The translations under genes were made by a program, and so were the position numbers. This document shows, one piece after another, positions 11,201 through 24,916 of a stretch of DNA of 64,000 nt (positions within the stretch are counted from its first letter, which is position 1; each line of letters begins with the position of its first letter). The notes under the pieces were generated by a model that had not been told where the DNA came from, ran no database searches, and saw only the letters and a list, made by a program, of their open reading frames with translations. Source of the stretch: Diplonema japonicum (lineage: Eukaryota > Protista > Euglenozoa: Diplonemea); the NCBI GenBank assembly GCA_964019335.1, contig OZ025735.1:345586-409585 (forward strand), written 5' to 3'.

Positions 11201-14200
11201 TTTTGAACAAGGAAGAAGAGGCGAGGCTCGCGGCAGAGCAGGAAGAAGCGGCGAATGCGAAGGGAAAGAAGCCTGCTGCAAAGAAAGGTGCTCCAGTGCA
11301 GGAGGTGGAACCGCCTGTAGTCGAGGACAAAACACCGTTGGGGCGGTTCAAAAAGCAGTACCCATCTGTCATGAGGGAAGTATTGGCTCATAGCAGCGTG
11401 CACACAGTAACGTTTCTGAATGACAACGAGACGACTGTGCAGGAGATGATCAACGGCCTGATCTCCAGCGACAGACTGCCCGCACCCAACGTGCTGTCCC
11501 AAACGTCTGCTGAAGACGACATGTCCATGGTACCCCCGCCAGTGACGTACCTAAGGGTTGAGAAGCCGAAGCAGAAAGAAGTCAAGACCTGCCCGTGGTT
11601 CCAAATCCTCAGCCCCCCTGTGGTCGAAAAAGTACAAGAAGCCGTGCCTGCACAGAAGGGTAAAGGCAAAGGTGCAGAAGCGGAACAGGAGGTTGTGCAG
11701 AAGCCCATGCCGACCCGATGGGTGCTTCAGGAAGGCGAGTCCGTGAAACTGTCGTTGAGGTTTTGTGCTGGTGCGATGCTGGAGGATGGTTTTGAAGAGC
11801 TCATTGAATTTGGTGTCGTGGGCTCGAAGCAGGTCATCCCTCTGAGATGCCAAGCCACAAGTGTCTATCCTGATATCGTGCGCGACCCGCGACTCACCTT
11901 TTCTTCTCGTCGATCCATCAAGAAGGGTGCGTTTGACTTTGGTCCTCTTCTTGTGAAGGAGAAAATCGAGTCGGGCGACAAGACAGGCAAGAACGTGAAG
12001 AAGATGTCGATCCACAAAGAGCCCGACGGGAACATCGAGACACTGAAGATACAGAACAACTCACCGTTCGAGTCACAAGTGACATGGACCTTCGACCCTC
12101 CTGACATGAGAACCTTCGTAGTCTTCCCTTCGACGATGAAACTCGAACCGGGCGACTGCCAGAAGATCAAAGTGACGGCTTCACCGGAGGCAGCGGGAAC
12201 GCATGACTGCATGCTGGTCGGTTTGGTGAAGGATAACCCGGTGCCTGTTACATTTAACCTGACATGCGTGGGATGTTTGCCTGAGGTTGACTTGTCCGGT
12301 TGTGAAGACACACCGGAGGGCAAGGTCATTGACTTTGGAAAGCTCCTCCTAGAGAGCTCACAGAGTGAAGACCTCACCATCACCAACTCTACACCCGTGC
12401 CCCTGAAGTGGGAGCTTATTGACTCGACAGACGTGACCAAGAAACTTCGTCCTGAGTTCACCATTGAAGTCATGCACAAGGAGAAGGACAAGGCTCCGAA
12501 GCATGAGGACCCTTTAATTTCTCGAGGCCGTCTCGATCCCAAGGGTGGCAAAGACAAGGAAACTATTCGCATGACTTTTAGCGCACCCAAGGCAGACGTC
12601 ATCAAGTGTGACCTCACGCTGCTCATCAAAGATGACGTGGAGGGCATCGTTATCCAGTCCATCCCGCTAAAACTACTTGCGGAGGCTTATGACCTGTACT
12701 TGGAAGCAACCGAGGAACTCGTGCTTGGCAAGAACGGACTTGTTAAAGTAGGCATGCAGCATAAGGGGCAGCTAAAGCTGTGCAACAGGGGAAAGTACCC
12801 GTTCTCTTACGAAATATTCATGAAAAAGAAATACCAGCCGCTCTTCCACCTGGAGCCGTCATCCGGGGTGCTGCGGCCGAAGGAACCACCACTTATCGTG
12901 GATGTGATATTCGAGTCGAAAAACGAAGTGTTCTTCCGTGACACAAGTAGGGCAGAGTTCGAAGTCGGGATCTACCAAGACTCAGAGCCTGGCCAGGGCG
13001 CCGTAGTGGGGACGAAGCCTGTCTACGTGGAGGTCGAGGCTCGCACGCTGAAGTTCCAGGTTGTCCCCTCTCACGGGCTGAACTTCGGTCCTTGCCTGTG
13101 CAATGATAAAAAGAAGATGCCGTTGGATATCCTAAACAACGGGCCCTTCGACCTGAAGTTCCGTCTTTACGACATGTCTCAGGGGGTACCCGACCAGTCG
13201 GCCACACCTGACCCTGCTGATAAGAAGGGAAAGAAGCCTGCCAAGGGTGGTGCACCATCGGGTTCTGACCTTGAAATCGGTGCTTTCAAGGTCACACCAT
13301 TCGAAGGTGTTGTGTCTCCCGGTGACTCACGCGAAGTGCTGGTCCTCTTGGATCCGAAGGGTGCTGCTTCTCAGGTATTCATGGAGAAGCTTGGTGTATT
13401 CATTGAGGACTGCAACCCCGATGAATCTCCTGAACCGCTAGCGTTGGAAGGTGAGAGCTGCGTGCCTGGTATCACGGCGGACTTAGGCTCTGCAGAGAGC
13501 GAGATGATCTTCGAAGAACAGCAAATCGTAACAAAGCTGGACTTGTCGAGGAAGTTGCGCTCTGTGTTCGCAAAGGAGGATCGCGTCTTCTCCTTCGGGT
13601 CCATCATCACGCACCAGGCAGTACAGGAATCGTTCCGCATCAGTAACCCTTTCACTGTACCCTGCACTGTTACCACAGCTGTGAGGAAACGAGGTGAATC
13701 AGAGGGTGCGGTTGCAGCCATGTCTGCCTTCGAGGTTGCGTGGGTCGCTTTACCTGGGCAGGTGGAGACCGATGACGCGCAGTCGATCAGCATCCCGCCG
13801 CACGAGTACCGCTACGCAAAGGTGAGCTTCACTCCAACAGAACTGAGAAGCTACTTTGCACTATTCGAGGCTGCTGTCAAGGACGGCACTGACCCGAAGA
13901 CGAAAGAGCTGCTCTTTGAAATACGAGGCGACGGTTCACTCCCACAAGTGCAGGTCGAGCTGCAGCCGCCACCCCCTCCGCGTGTATCTGCGGAACCAAC
14001 ACAAACAGACGCCAAGGGGAAGCCAGGGAAGCCCGCATCAACGCCACAACCCACAAAGTACCCGCCCAACACATTGGTGTTCTACCGCACGATTGTGGGG
14101 AAGAGGACCAACAGGTACGTCACGATCACGAATGTTGGAGATCTTCTTGCCGAGTTCAAGTTCTCGATGCCGAGAAACAGCGAGCCATTCGCTTTCCCTG

Positions 14201-17200
14201 CGAGGAACAGCGCGTACGAGCTGCAACCAGGTGCCTCTGACAGCTACCCTGTGTACTTTGAGCCAAAGCAGAGCGGGAACTTCGAAACAAAGATCACCAT
14301 GTCACTGAAGGACAACTCATTTGAGGACACGACCATCACGCTGCTTGGGGAGGCCTTTGAAGAGGAGGTCGTATTCGAGGGCTTGGACGAGGGGTGCGAC
14401 AACTTCATGACGCTCGCGGACTGCGGTGTAAACGCCCCGACGCAGAAGACGTTCACTCTAGAAAGCCACTGCAAAGATGTGCTGAGGTACCAGTGGGTGC
14501 GCGAAGGAAATCCTGGGGAGGATAAGTTCACCGTGTTGCCATCGGCAGGACACATCATGCCGGGCAAGACAAAAGAGATCACCGTAAGCTTCCTCAGCTC
14601 CGAACCCGAAGACCTTCAGAAGGTGAAACTCACGATGAAGACATGGAAGGTTTCACTTGCAAAACAAACAGCAACCGTATGGGATTCGAGCCTGACTTCA
14701 GTAAGATGGGAACAGGACATCACACCCCCCAGCACTCCCAAGGAGGTGCTTGAGGAGGAGAAAATACCAGAAAAGGTTCAGGAGAAGGGAAAACCAGGCA
14801 AGGGGAAGAAAGATGCCGGTAAGGCAACACCGGAACCGGAAGAAGTCAGGGAGCCAACTCCCGAGTCTATTCTGTCAGCTGAGCAGACCTCGCTGCTTCA
14901 AAAGGAGAAGGAGCTTGAGAGGAAGCGAAGACCTTTGAAGAAGGTGACCGAGCCCACCGCGGAACCTGCCTTTACCTACATTGACGATGAAAAGACGCCG
15001 AAGGTGAAAAACCTGTTCATCAAAGCGGTGTGCGACTACGCCACGTGGGAGCTGCAAGCTGATGCTGAGGGCCACTCGCTGATAGAGACAGGTGTGCGCT
15101 TCGCTACCACGAAACTGTTCCAGACCAGGACGATCCCCATCGTGTTGAAGAACACCGGGAAGATCTCTTTGGAATGCATCTGGAAGATGCTCAACAAGAG
15201 CGGCGAGATCGTGAACACGGAGGAGTCGAGCACCTTCGCCATCGAACCCGACTACTGCAAGATCCCTCCTGGGAGCAGCTCCTCTTTCAGGCTGGCATAC
15301 GCCCCGCTCGACACCGACCCCCATTCGGCGATCCTGCGGGGGTGCATTCCTAACGTGAAGAATGAAGGGGACAAGCAGGCACCACAGCCGAAGATTGCAC
15401 TGAGCGGAGTGGCTGAGTGTCCATTGGTGCACTTCGACCTAACCGAGAGCGACTACCTAATAGCAGGGAGGAGGAACCCTGAGCTTAGCACTCCGCATGC
15501 AAGGTTTATCGACAAGACTGCAAAGGTTATTGAGTTTGCCTGCTCTGGTGTTAAAGTGCGGACCACGAGGCGATTCTTCATCCTAAACCCTACCAACATG
15601 TCGTATGAGTACGAGTGGACGGATGTCCCTGATGGGAGCAAGCAATTCATCTGCCAGACGCCTAAAGGCGTCGTGCACAGCGGGAAGAAAGCCGAGATGG
15701 TGTTTGAGTTCACCGCCGACAAGCTGGACTTGAAAGAGGCCTTCTGGGACCTACGCATTGGCGGCAGGGCAGGCGAGAACTTCTTCAAACCCATCACCGT
15801 GCCCTTCTTGATGGTTGGCAGGACGACTGAACCAAACATCCTCCTCAGCCCTACAAGGGTCAACTACAACCAGGTCCTATTGGGGGCGAAGTCCAAAAAG
15901 ACCTTGCAGCTCTCCAACAGCGAACCCATTCCGTTCGCCTTTAACTTCGTAGTGGGGAGAGGTGTTGTGTCTGTCAGCCCCATGAGCGGTTCCATCCCTG
16001 CACATTCCTCTTTACCCGTCGAGGTATGCTTCTCACCGTCGTCGGAGGAGGCGTACAATTGCAACATCGTGTGCAACGTGAAGAAGAAGACGAACCCACT
16101 GACATGCAACATCAAGGGTGAAGGCTACTCCATCCATGAGTCGCTCGTCATCAAGAACAGTGACGGTTCTACACAGCTGCTCACCGCGGGTGCTGTGAAT
16201 ACGGTTGATTTTGGCAGAGTGCACATTAACTCTAACGTCAACAGGCAGCTCATCATCTCGAACTCCGGAAAGCTCCACTTCGACTACAAGTGGTCCCGCC
16301 CGCCTTCTTCCGCCGTCAACTTGTCCAATGAGATCGACACGGTGGCACGGAACGGGAAGTCGGTGTGCGAACTCACCTTCAACCCCACAAGAGTGTGCAA
16401 CATCGAGAACTACCGCATGGTCTGCAAGATCACGAACGGTGCATCGTACACCTTGCAGATGCAGGGTACAGGCGTGCAGCCCAACGTGCATTTCAGCGTC
16501 ACAAAGATTGACTTCGCGGCGCAATTCATCCACATCCCCGGGAAGCATGCTCAGCCCAAGAAACACGTTCTGCAGATCACGAATCAGGACAAAACAGACA
16601 TCTCGTATGAATGCAACACGGAGCCGCCGGCCTGGCTTGAAGTGGACGCCACGCCTAGTGTTCTAGCGAAGAACGGTTCGAAAGAGGGTGGTGTGTACAC
16701 CGACAGACGTGAGGTCGTCTTCACGTTCAAGCCCCTTGAAGCAGGCAAGGTCGATGCTGTGATCCCCTTCGAGATCAACGGCATGTTCACAGTCAACGTG
16801 CACGTCTTCGGCGAGGGTACCATCCCCAAGGTGGAGCTTGCCGCTGGCCAACCCAACACCATCAGCTTCGGTTCCGTGCGTGCGGGCGACGTGAAGCTCA
16901 TCCCTGTCAAGGTGCAATGCAAGTCGAAGATACCAACGCCCTTCAGCTTCAAGGACTGCTTCCCCCCAGAGCTCGACAAGAACCTCATCACCATCTCTCC
17001 CTCTGACATGATCATCTTGAAACCGAGGGAGATACGTACCGTGGAGTTCCGGTTCAAACCCCCGCTTGGGATGCGCCTTGCGCCCTTCAACTACAACATA
17101 GAAGCCGAGGTATAGAACTAAGATTTAAAAAAGAGAAAAAGAAATGATTTTAACAAATATACAGATTGCAAGTCAGAAACGACACTTCCTTACGCTGATG

Positions 17201-19283
17201 GGCAGCAGCATAGGAATGGAGGTGCACTTGGACCAGAAAACACTGTCTTTTGGAACTGTGGTTCAAGGCACGAAGCAGTCGAGGAAAGCGCTTATCATGA
17301 ACACAGGCGATGTGCCTGTTACGTACCAGTGGCCAGAACTTGACGGGAGCGGGTACAGCGTGTCGCAAAACACGGGGTTCATGCTGCCCCACTCAGAGCA
17401 GTCGTGTGAGATTACGTTCGCACCATCGGCCCCCATGCCGGAGTCGCACAGGGAGCTCAGCTTGAAGATAATCGACGCGACGGTGACACCGAACCTTGTG
17501 AAGGTGATACCCATCTCGCTGGTGGGAGTGTGCAGCAAGCGGCCTGCTGTGGCGGAGGAGCAGACCTTCAAGTGCCCAGTGAGGGACACCACAAAGAACA
17601 TCATCAAGATAACAAACAACACAGCGGAAGAATGGGTTCTGTCGCCTGCATTAGACACGAAGAGCTGGGTGGTACCTGAGAAGGTGACTGTCTTGGCGAA
17701 TTCCTCTCACGACATGGAGGTGATGTACGCACCACTGGTGATGACAAAGACGAGCCAGAAGGGCGACAAGGAGTACGACAAGGGAACGCTGTTCCTGCCG
17801 ATCCCCACAGGGGACCCGAAGCAAATGATGCACAGTTTGATAGGCGAGGCAGCACCTCCCAGCGCAGAGGATGAAATTGAAGAGAGCGTGACAGCCAAGA
17901 CATCGCACACCTTGCTTCTCTTGGTACGAAACTGGCTTCCGACATCACAGCGATTCACCGTAGTCAGGGATTTCATGATCATCCCACCGAGCGGATCGCC
18001 CATTCCCATCGACTGCTCCATCAATGTCAATGGAGCGAACACCATCGACGTGCCTCCGCACTCACAGCGTAACTACAAGCTGGCGTTGATATCCTACAAG
18101 GAGTGTAAGATCAAGGGCACCGTCAGGTTTGTCAGCGATGCGACCAAGGAGTACCTTTACTTCAACGTCTCGTTCAACATAAAAGCACCGAAGGACCTCA
18201 GAACCATCAGCATCAAGACGCCTGCTAGACAGGTCATGACGGAAGATATCTACATAGAGAATCCTCTTGACAAGCTGGTCGTTCTTGAGGTTTCAAGTAC
18301 CGGTGCACCAGGGGAGCTCACGCACCCTGACAAGCTCAGCGTGGAGCCACGGTCTGCAGGGAGGCTTGGGCTGGAGTACCTTCCGTTGGTTCCTGGGCAG
18401 GAAAAACAGGCCAAGTTGTTGTTGAAGTATGACCAACAAAAACAAAAAAAAAAAAACAAAAAAAAAAAAAATAGATCCCCAGACTTAGGGGAGTTCCCTT
18501 ACACGTTGAACCTCACACCGCTGCCGTCTGTGCCTGAGAAAAGCTTGAGGTTCACAGCTCCTTTGGGGCAAGCACAGCAGCTTACTGTTAGGTTGCGAAG
18601 CTTGGCAAAGTATGAGAATTTTCTTTTTTTAAAAAAAATCCCCCTCAGGACGCCTTGCGATTTTACGTGTAAATTTGCTGATCCTAAATCTCCATTCACG
18701 AAATCTCAGCCTGTTATGGTGGTGAAGGCCGCAGCATCTACGAAGCCAGACGGGGAAGAGTTTTCTTTCGATGTGACATTCGAGCCGTGCAAATTCGGAG
18801 AAGCGCGGGATGTTCTGGAGGTTTCTTCTCCTGTAGGCGGGACCTACTTCCTCACTCTCCTAGGGAACTGTGCCATGCCGCAGAGGCAAGGGCCTTATGA
18901 GTGCAGGAGTGGGCAGGCCAAGGTCATCCCGTTCAAGAACGTCTTCCCAGACACCGCAGTTTTCGCCTTCGCCACAGATCTACCCTCCTTTACGCTGTCC
19001 AAAGCCTCTGAGAGCATTCCTTCTAAGAAAGATGTCGGTGTTCAGGTCACCTACAAAGCCAGCCCGGACGACCCCCCCGTTGCCAAGGCGAAGGTATCTC
19101 AGAAAAAAAAGTTTTAAAAGAAAAATATCATTTCAGCTTACCGTTACTTGCCAAACAGAAGCTTCTGGTGCCCCTATCAGTTGGGTTTATTACCTTAGGT
19201 ATGTTCGGGTTAAAAGAATGGGGAGGGCGAGAAAAAACGATTTTTTTTTCTTTTTTTTCTTCTACAGTGGTGTTGGTGCATGA
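5287..19283 (+). CDS. HYDIN: Hydin, flagellar central-pair protein, ~4580 aa; exons 5287-17109, 17165-18426, 18475-18609, 18649-19093, 19137-19198, 19268-19283
   Basis: Many ASH/PapD-like repeats (lDFG...l.N), central adenylate-kinase-like P-loop GAPLSGKT, N-terminal IVFKNYEPFKLYETPLVFKN, C-terminal WVYYL|SG; five GT-AG introns give a 13743-nt continuous frame. Confidence 0.95.
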
Positions 19284-19611
19284 GTTAGTCAGTCCGTATT
19301 TCTTTTTTTAATTTGAATAAATTGCCCCGTTTCCCCCCGCTTCGGGAGAGAAAATCTATTTTCTCCCCCCCCCCCTCTGTTTATTAATAGTATTGTTATT
19401 GTCCCCCCCCCCCCCCTCGTTCTTTTACATTAGAAAACCAAAAAAGGACGGGGAGGGTGAGGAGGTGTGGAGGGGGGAGAGAGAGAGAGAGACGGTGGGG
19501 TGTGTGTAACATAATTAATTTCTTTTAAAAAAAACCCCCCACCCCCCCCCCCACACACACGCATCTCCTCCCCCCTTTTTTTTTTCTTTTTGAAAAAAAA
19601 AATACCAAAAA

Positions 19612-20761
19612 ATGGCAACCAAGAAACCATTGAACGTGCAGAGCGCGAAAGTAAAGCTAAACGAGCTGTTTATACACTGGCTGACACTACCAGAGGCTCA
19701 GGATCTGGTTGGAAAGCTAGACAAAATAGGAGTAGAAGGTGGCGAAATACTATTAGACCTAGATGGAACGGGCGGCAATGGATTAGGCACAAGCCCGGTT
19801 ATTGCATTAGAAAGGGTCGGGTTGGGTGAGAGCGTGGGACATGGCAATCTGAGTTTTACATCACCACCTAGGAGTCCAAGAGCAAGCCCGAGTCATAACT
19901 CGGTGAGACATTCAAATTCACTTGCCTCGCCATTGGTGGACGAGCTTGATGCTGCTCATAGGCAAGGTGCCATGAGCCCCCATGGGTCACCACGTGCCAC
20001 ACGGCTGGCAAGCCCTGAAAATCTTGCAGTGGCACCAACGTCCCCTTTGCGCGGGCCGAAGATCAATTTAGGCTCACCCGCGCAATCTTTGACTGTTGCG
20101 GAGTCGCCTTTCGCGTCGGCATCACTGAACTCTTCCACCTCATCCCTTCCTAGCGATGCGCATGGCAACCCTGCTAGGTTGGCAACCGCCTTTGCTCAAA
20201 TGCAAGACCAGCAAAATCTTCCTCCGTTGAACCTACCACCATCTGGAAAGACGACGTCCCCATCGCTACAGCCGCTTGAACACCCTGCCATCAAAAAGAA
20301 GCTGACAGGTGAGCCCCGAGTACAGATCCCAACATTCTACTTCCCGAAAGGAAAACCGCAGCCAGCCGACGAGTCCGACAAGGAGATCCAACTGTTGCGG
20401 AAAATGTTTGAATCTAAGAAAGTGGCCTCGAAGACAAACCCAAGGCCGCGGAGGGATAAGGCAACGGCCAAGTATGACAAGCTGCTCAAGGTGAAGGATT
20501 TCGCGGACATCACGAAAAAAGTCTGCCAGCTGCCGCGGTGGATGAACGATCTCCTGTTCAAAAGGGTGATGTGCTACGACCCCGGGCTGGCGAATTACAA
20601 CAAGGAAAAGGAGCGGGAGTGCGCGATCCACCCTGCCAACAGTACGGTGACCTACCAAAAGTTCATGGAATTCTACGAGAGGGAGATGGCAGGGAAATCA
20701 AGGGAACGGAGGCTGTTCGACGCCATCAAATGGGATAAGAAACGCGACATAATCGAGGTAC

Positions 20762-20796
<35 letters not shown>

Positions 20797-21722
20797 AACA
20801 GAAATCCGATCTTCGACCGTTGGTTGAGGAAGTTCTTCTCGTCCACCCGGGGCTGGAGTTTTTAAAGTCCACCCCCGACTTTCAAGAACGGTACGCGGAC
20901 ACGGTACAGGTTCGAATAATTTTCAGCAGCACCAATTCGGAAGATTCCACCATTTCATGGGCGGACTTCCTGTCAAGCTCCCTGCACGACGTCCTCCACA
21001 TTCTTGACGAGGAAACAGATATCAATGTTAGCCAAAAAACCGAATTCTTCAGCTACGAGCACTTCTACGTGCTGTACTGCAAATTCTGGGAGCTGGACAC
21101 GGACCACGATTTCTACATATCGAGGGACGACCTTGCGAAGTACGGGCTCTACTCCCTCACAAATAACATTGTAGACAGAGTGTTCAGCGGCAAGGGCCGA
21201 CCGTTGAGGTCAGATATTGTCGGTCTCATGAATTATGAAGATTTCGTTTGGTTTTGCTTATGTGAAGAGGACAAGACAACGAGCAGATCTCTCGATTATT
21301 GGTTCCGATGCACCGATCTAGACGACGACGGTGTGATTTCTGGATACGAAATCGGGCATTTCTTCCAAGAGCAAAAGCAGCGGATGGAGTCCAGCTACCA
21401 AGAGACAATTGCTTACGACGATATTCTCTGTCAGATGATGGACATGATAGCCCCTGCCAGAAGAGACGGATTGCGGCGTTCTGACATCAAGTCATGCAGG
21501 CTGTCGGGGAACTTCTTTAACGCTCTCTTCAACCTAACCAAGTTCATTGCGTTTGAGCAGAGGGATCCCTTCATGGCGCATGCTGAGAAACAGCTTCCTG
21601 AGAAAACGTATGGGAAGGGGTGAGGAGGGGAAAAAAAAAAAAAAAAAAAAAAAAAAGTGATTGGGACCGATTTGCCAAGATAGAGTATGACAGAATGTCA
21701 CATGAAGCCGGTGAACAGGTTT

Positions 21723-21768
<46 letters not shown>

Positions 21769-21815
21769 AGGAAGATGTGTCTGAGGATTTCGGGATGAGT
21801 TATAACGGGGGGTAG
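19612..21815 (+). CDS. PPP2R3: PP2A regulatory subunit B'' (PR72 family, EF-hand); exons 19612-20757, 20802-21607, 21658-21718, 21771-21815
   Basis: VKLNELFIHWL, IPTFYFPKG, HPGLEFLKSTPDFQERY, FSYEHFYVLYCKFWELDTDHD, T|DWDRFA.IEY. Confidence 0.93.
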
Positions 21816-22867
21816 ATGAGGGAACGAAATATATATTAAAAAAAAAAAAGAACAAGTGTTGCTATTGTTGTTTTTTTTTTTCTCTTTTTTTCTCCCCCCC
21901 TTTTTTTTCGTACGGTTTGTTCTTTTGATTCAAATTCCTCAAAAAAAGGAGGGAAAAAAGAGGGGGAGAGAATTATTCGTAGTCGCAAAATCTCCAATCT
22001 CCTTAGTCTCATCTTTTTCATCTAATAGATACGGTGGAGGGGGGGGGGGGTATAAGATAGCAAAACAACAACCGAGAAAGCAAAAGATCTATGAGGTATG
22101 GAGTGTCTCACTCTCTCACCCCCTCTTTTTTTTAGATTCCCCCCCCCCCCCCCCCCTCCCCTTTCACACTTATACGTTCCTTTTTTTCTATCGGTGTTGT
22201 CTTTCCCCGCCCCTTTCTCCACCCTCTTTTTTTTTTTTATAGAAATAGTAAACATTGATCTTCCCAATCCCCATTTTTCATTCCCGTTTTTCTTTTTTTT
22301 TTTGAGTACTGTAAAAAGAAAAGAGAAAATAAAGAGAGAGCATGACCTTTTTTTTTTAAAAATTATTCGAATGCAACTTTTTTAAGCAGAACAAAAAAAA
22401 ATAAGAAAATGAAGATAACCAGGGCACACAATTAATTAAGATAGGAGAGGGGGGGGGGGGGGGGGGGGGGATGAAATTCACCTTATATTTGTTAGTTTCC
22501 TCTTCATTTCATAAACAAGCCGCAGGACATACTGTTTTTTTTCTTCTTCTTTCTTTTTTCTTTTTTTCTTTTTTATACGAAAAAGTTCACTTTTCTCGCA
22601 TATCGAATGGTTGGAAAAAAAAAAAGCTTCAAAAAAAAAAAAAAAAAAAAAACGAAAAAGAAAAAGAAAATAGTACCCCCCCCCTTTCCCCCCCAACAAC
22701 AAGATCTTTTTTTTTTTTAACTTCGCCCACACTTTTCCTTTTTTTTTTCTCCCCCCTTTTTTTTTATGACACCGAAAACCATTTTTTAATAATTCGGCAA
22801 AAAAAAGAATAACAATAATAAGTGGGGGGGGGGGGGAAGAAGGAAAAAAAAGGAAAAAAAAAGGAAA

Positions 22868-24846
22868 TGACCTTCCAAAAAGAAGGATCACTCGTGGCAT
22901 GGCTGGAAGATATAGTAAGAACCACGGCGGGGCCGTATGGCAAGGCAGCGGCGATAGAGTCAAGCATTGTGAGTTTAACAAAAGTAAGCGGAGAAGCAAT
23001 GCGACAGATTGTCGAATGGCTGAAGGTACCCAACGTTGGGGAGAACACAATCGCAAGGAGGCTGGTAAACAGCCAGCACCCGTTCACAAAACTGTGGGCT
23101 CAAACCGTGAAAGGCACAAGAGATGCAGGGTGGCTTCTCCTGTGGGTCTCGCTTTACATCATAAAATGGGGCGGCCGCATGGAAAAAAATACTCTTCTTT
23201 GGACACCACCCATCATCGACCTATCCTCCACACTGTGCAAAGAGTGGTGCAAAAAATTTCTATTTTCACCTGAGAACACAGTTAAAATCAACGTGCAGAA
23301 CGTAAAACAGCTTCTGTCAATAGCAATGAACACAGTGTCTCCAAACACAATTCTAGACATGTCAAAGCAAAGCATTGCCGTCTTTTCCTCAAAAATCGTT
23401 CGGGGTTTTCTCGCCGCTCTTAACGAGCAAACCAACACCCTCGACCCTTGTTGCATCCGATGCCTCAAGGTCAAAAACCAAAACCCCGACCTCTCCTGCT
23501 CCGAGGTACTGGACGGTGTTCTAATCGACTGGCCTCTTCCCGCGGAGTTCCTAATGTACGCACCAGGGGGGAAGATCATCGATCAAAACGGAAAGGTTGC
23601 ATTATACGACCTGTGCTTAGAACCCGACGTGGGTGAAACCCCGGGCGCGGAGGTGAAAATTCAAAGCGTGTCGCAAAAGGATGCGTTTCGGAACCTCAAG
23701 AAGCTTCTTGTAGCGATGAGAGGCAATGGTGTCACGGTGCTGGCTTCGCAGAAAACAATACACCGGTCTGCTAGAATCTGGCTGTGCAAACATGGGATCT
23801 TACCGTTGGAAAGACTGTCGAATCGTCACATCGACGCGGTTCGGCTGGCGACGGGAGCAGCGTTGATCACAAGCGGCAGTGTCGCAGCATTGCAGCAAAG
23901 CACCATGGGGAGGGTCACATCCATAACGGAGACAACGTTGAACGGGAAGAAGTTCATCAAGATCACGGGGCCCAGCCAACATGTTTCCACCGTTGTGTTG
24001 AAACACCCGCACACCAATGTTCTAGAGGAAGCGGAGCGTATTGTCACACGAGCGATATCATCCCTCGTGGGGTACATGCGCAGTTCTGTTGCGTCTCCTG
24101 GTGCCGGGGTCACCGAACTCCTCCTCGCCAGACATTTGGAAATCCGTTCAAAGTACATTGAACACGCAACGAGCGGCGTTGTGGCGAAGCTTTCCAAACC
24201 CATGAGAGAGACCGTGCAGGCCGTTGCAAAAACGCTTTCAAACGGGCTTCGTGAATGGGTCTCGATCGTCACATGCGTTGCCTCGAAAGATCTTCGCGAC
24301 ATCGAGCTTCGCAATGCGATTGACAAACAAGATGAAATAGACAACATAGCCTCTGATATGGGAATTGACCCTTTCATCGCAAAACGGTTTAATATAAACC
24401 CGTTGAAGCTTGGGAAGCAACGAACAGTCAGCCGGGAAAACGGGCAAACCATGAGGGAGGTTTCCGCGACTCTGTTGAGCAGAAGTGACCGCACGACGCA
24501 CATGGTGACGGGCGTTACACGGTTGCATGGATGCCGACCTCCGCCCGGTTCTGTGTTCCGTTGCCTCACCACTGTTGTTCCCGGAGCTGAACGGGGTGCT
24601 GCTGTTCGACACGAAGCAGCTCCCTCTTTGTGCAAAACGTACGTTTCGCACCGTTCTGAATGTCCGGAAACGATGACGGACGTCTGCAGCAGAGGGGATG
24701 GGGGCGAGCTTCTTCCAGGCGATCTCAGCGACGGGATGTTCCCTGTCTTCGACAGTACTGACGCGAAGTACCAAGCCATCTGCAGCGGTTTGGACATCAG
24801 CGTCATGCTGCTTCGCACGAACGACATTGTAATCGATACGACTTAA
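22868..24846 (+). CDS. MKKS: chaperonin-like BBS protein MKKS/BBS6
   Basis: Divergent CCT fold: IVRTTAGPYG, GTRDAG, VLASQKTIH...LERLS (MKKS-like QKVIH), PGAGVTE. Confidence 0.78.
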
Positions 24847-24916
24847 GAGCGAGGGGGTGTTGGGCTCTTTTTTTTCTTCTCTTCTTGCTGAACCTTCCCT
24901 CGCTAGGAAAACAAAT

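Noticed and set aside
10209-12662. Long minus-strand ORFs inside Hydin (also inside MKKS, XRCC4, PDE, PF20)
   Set aside because: Antisense shadows of codon-biased genes, with no motifs
17110-17164. Apparent split or frameshifted genes (Hydin, ERGIC3, PP2A, PTH2, UFC1, PF20)
   Set aside because: All resolved by short GT-AG introns; no need for pseudogenes, recoding or non-canonical introns
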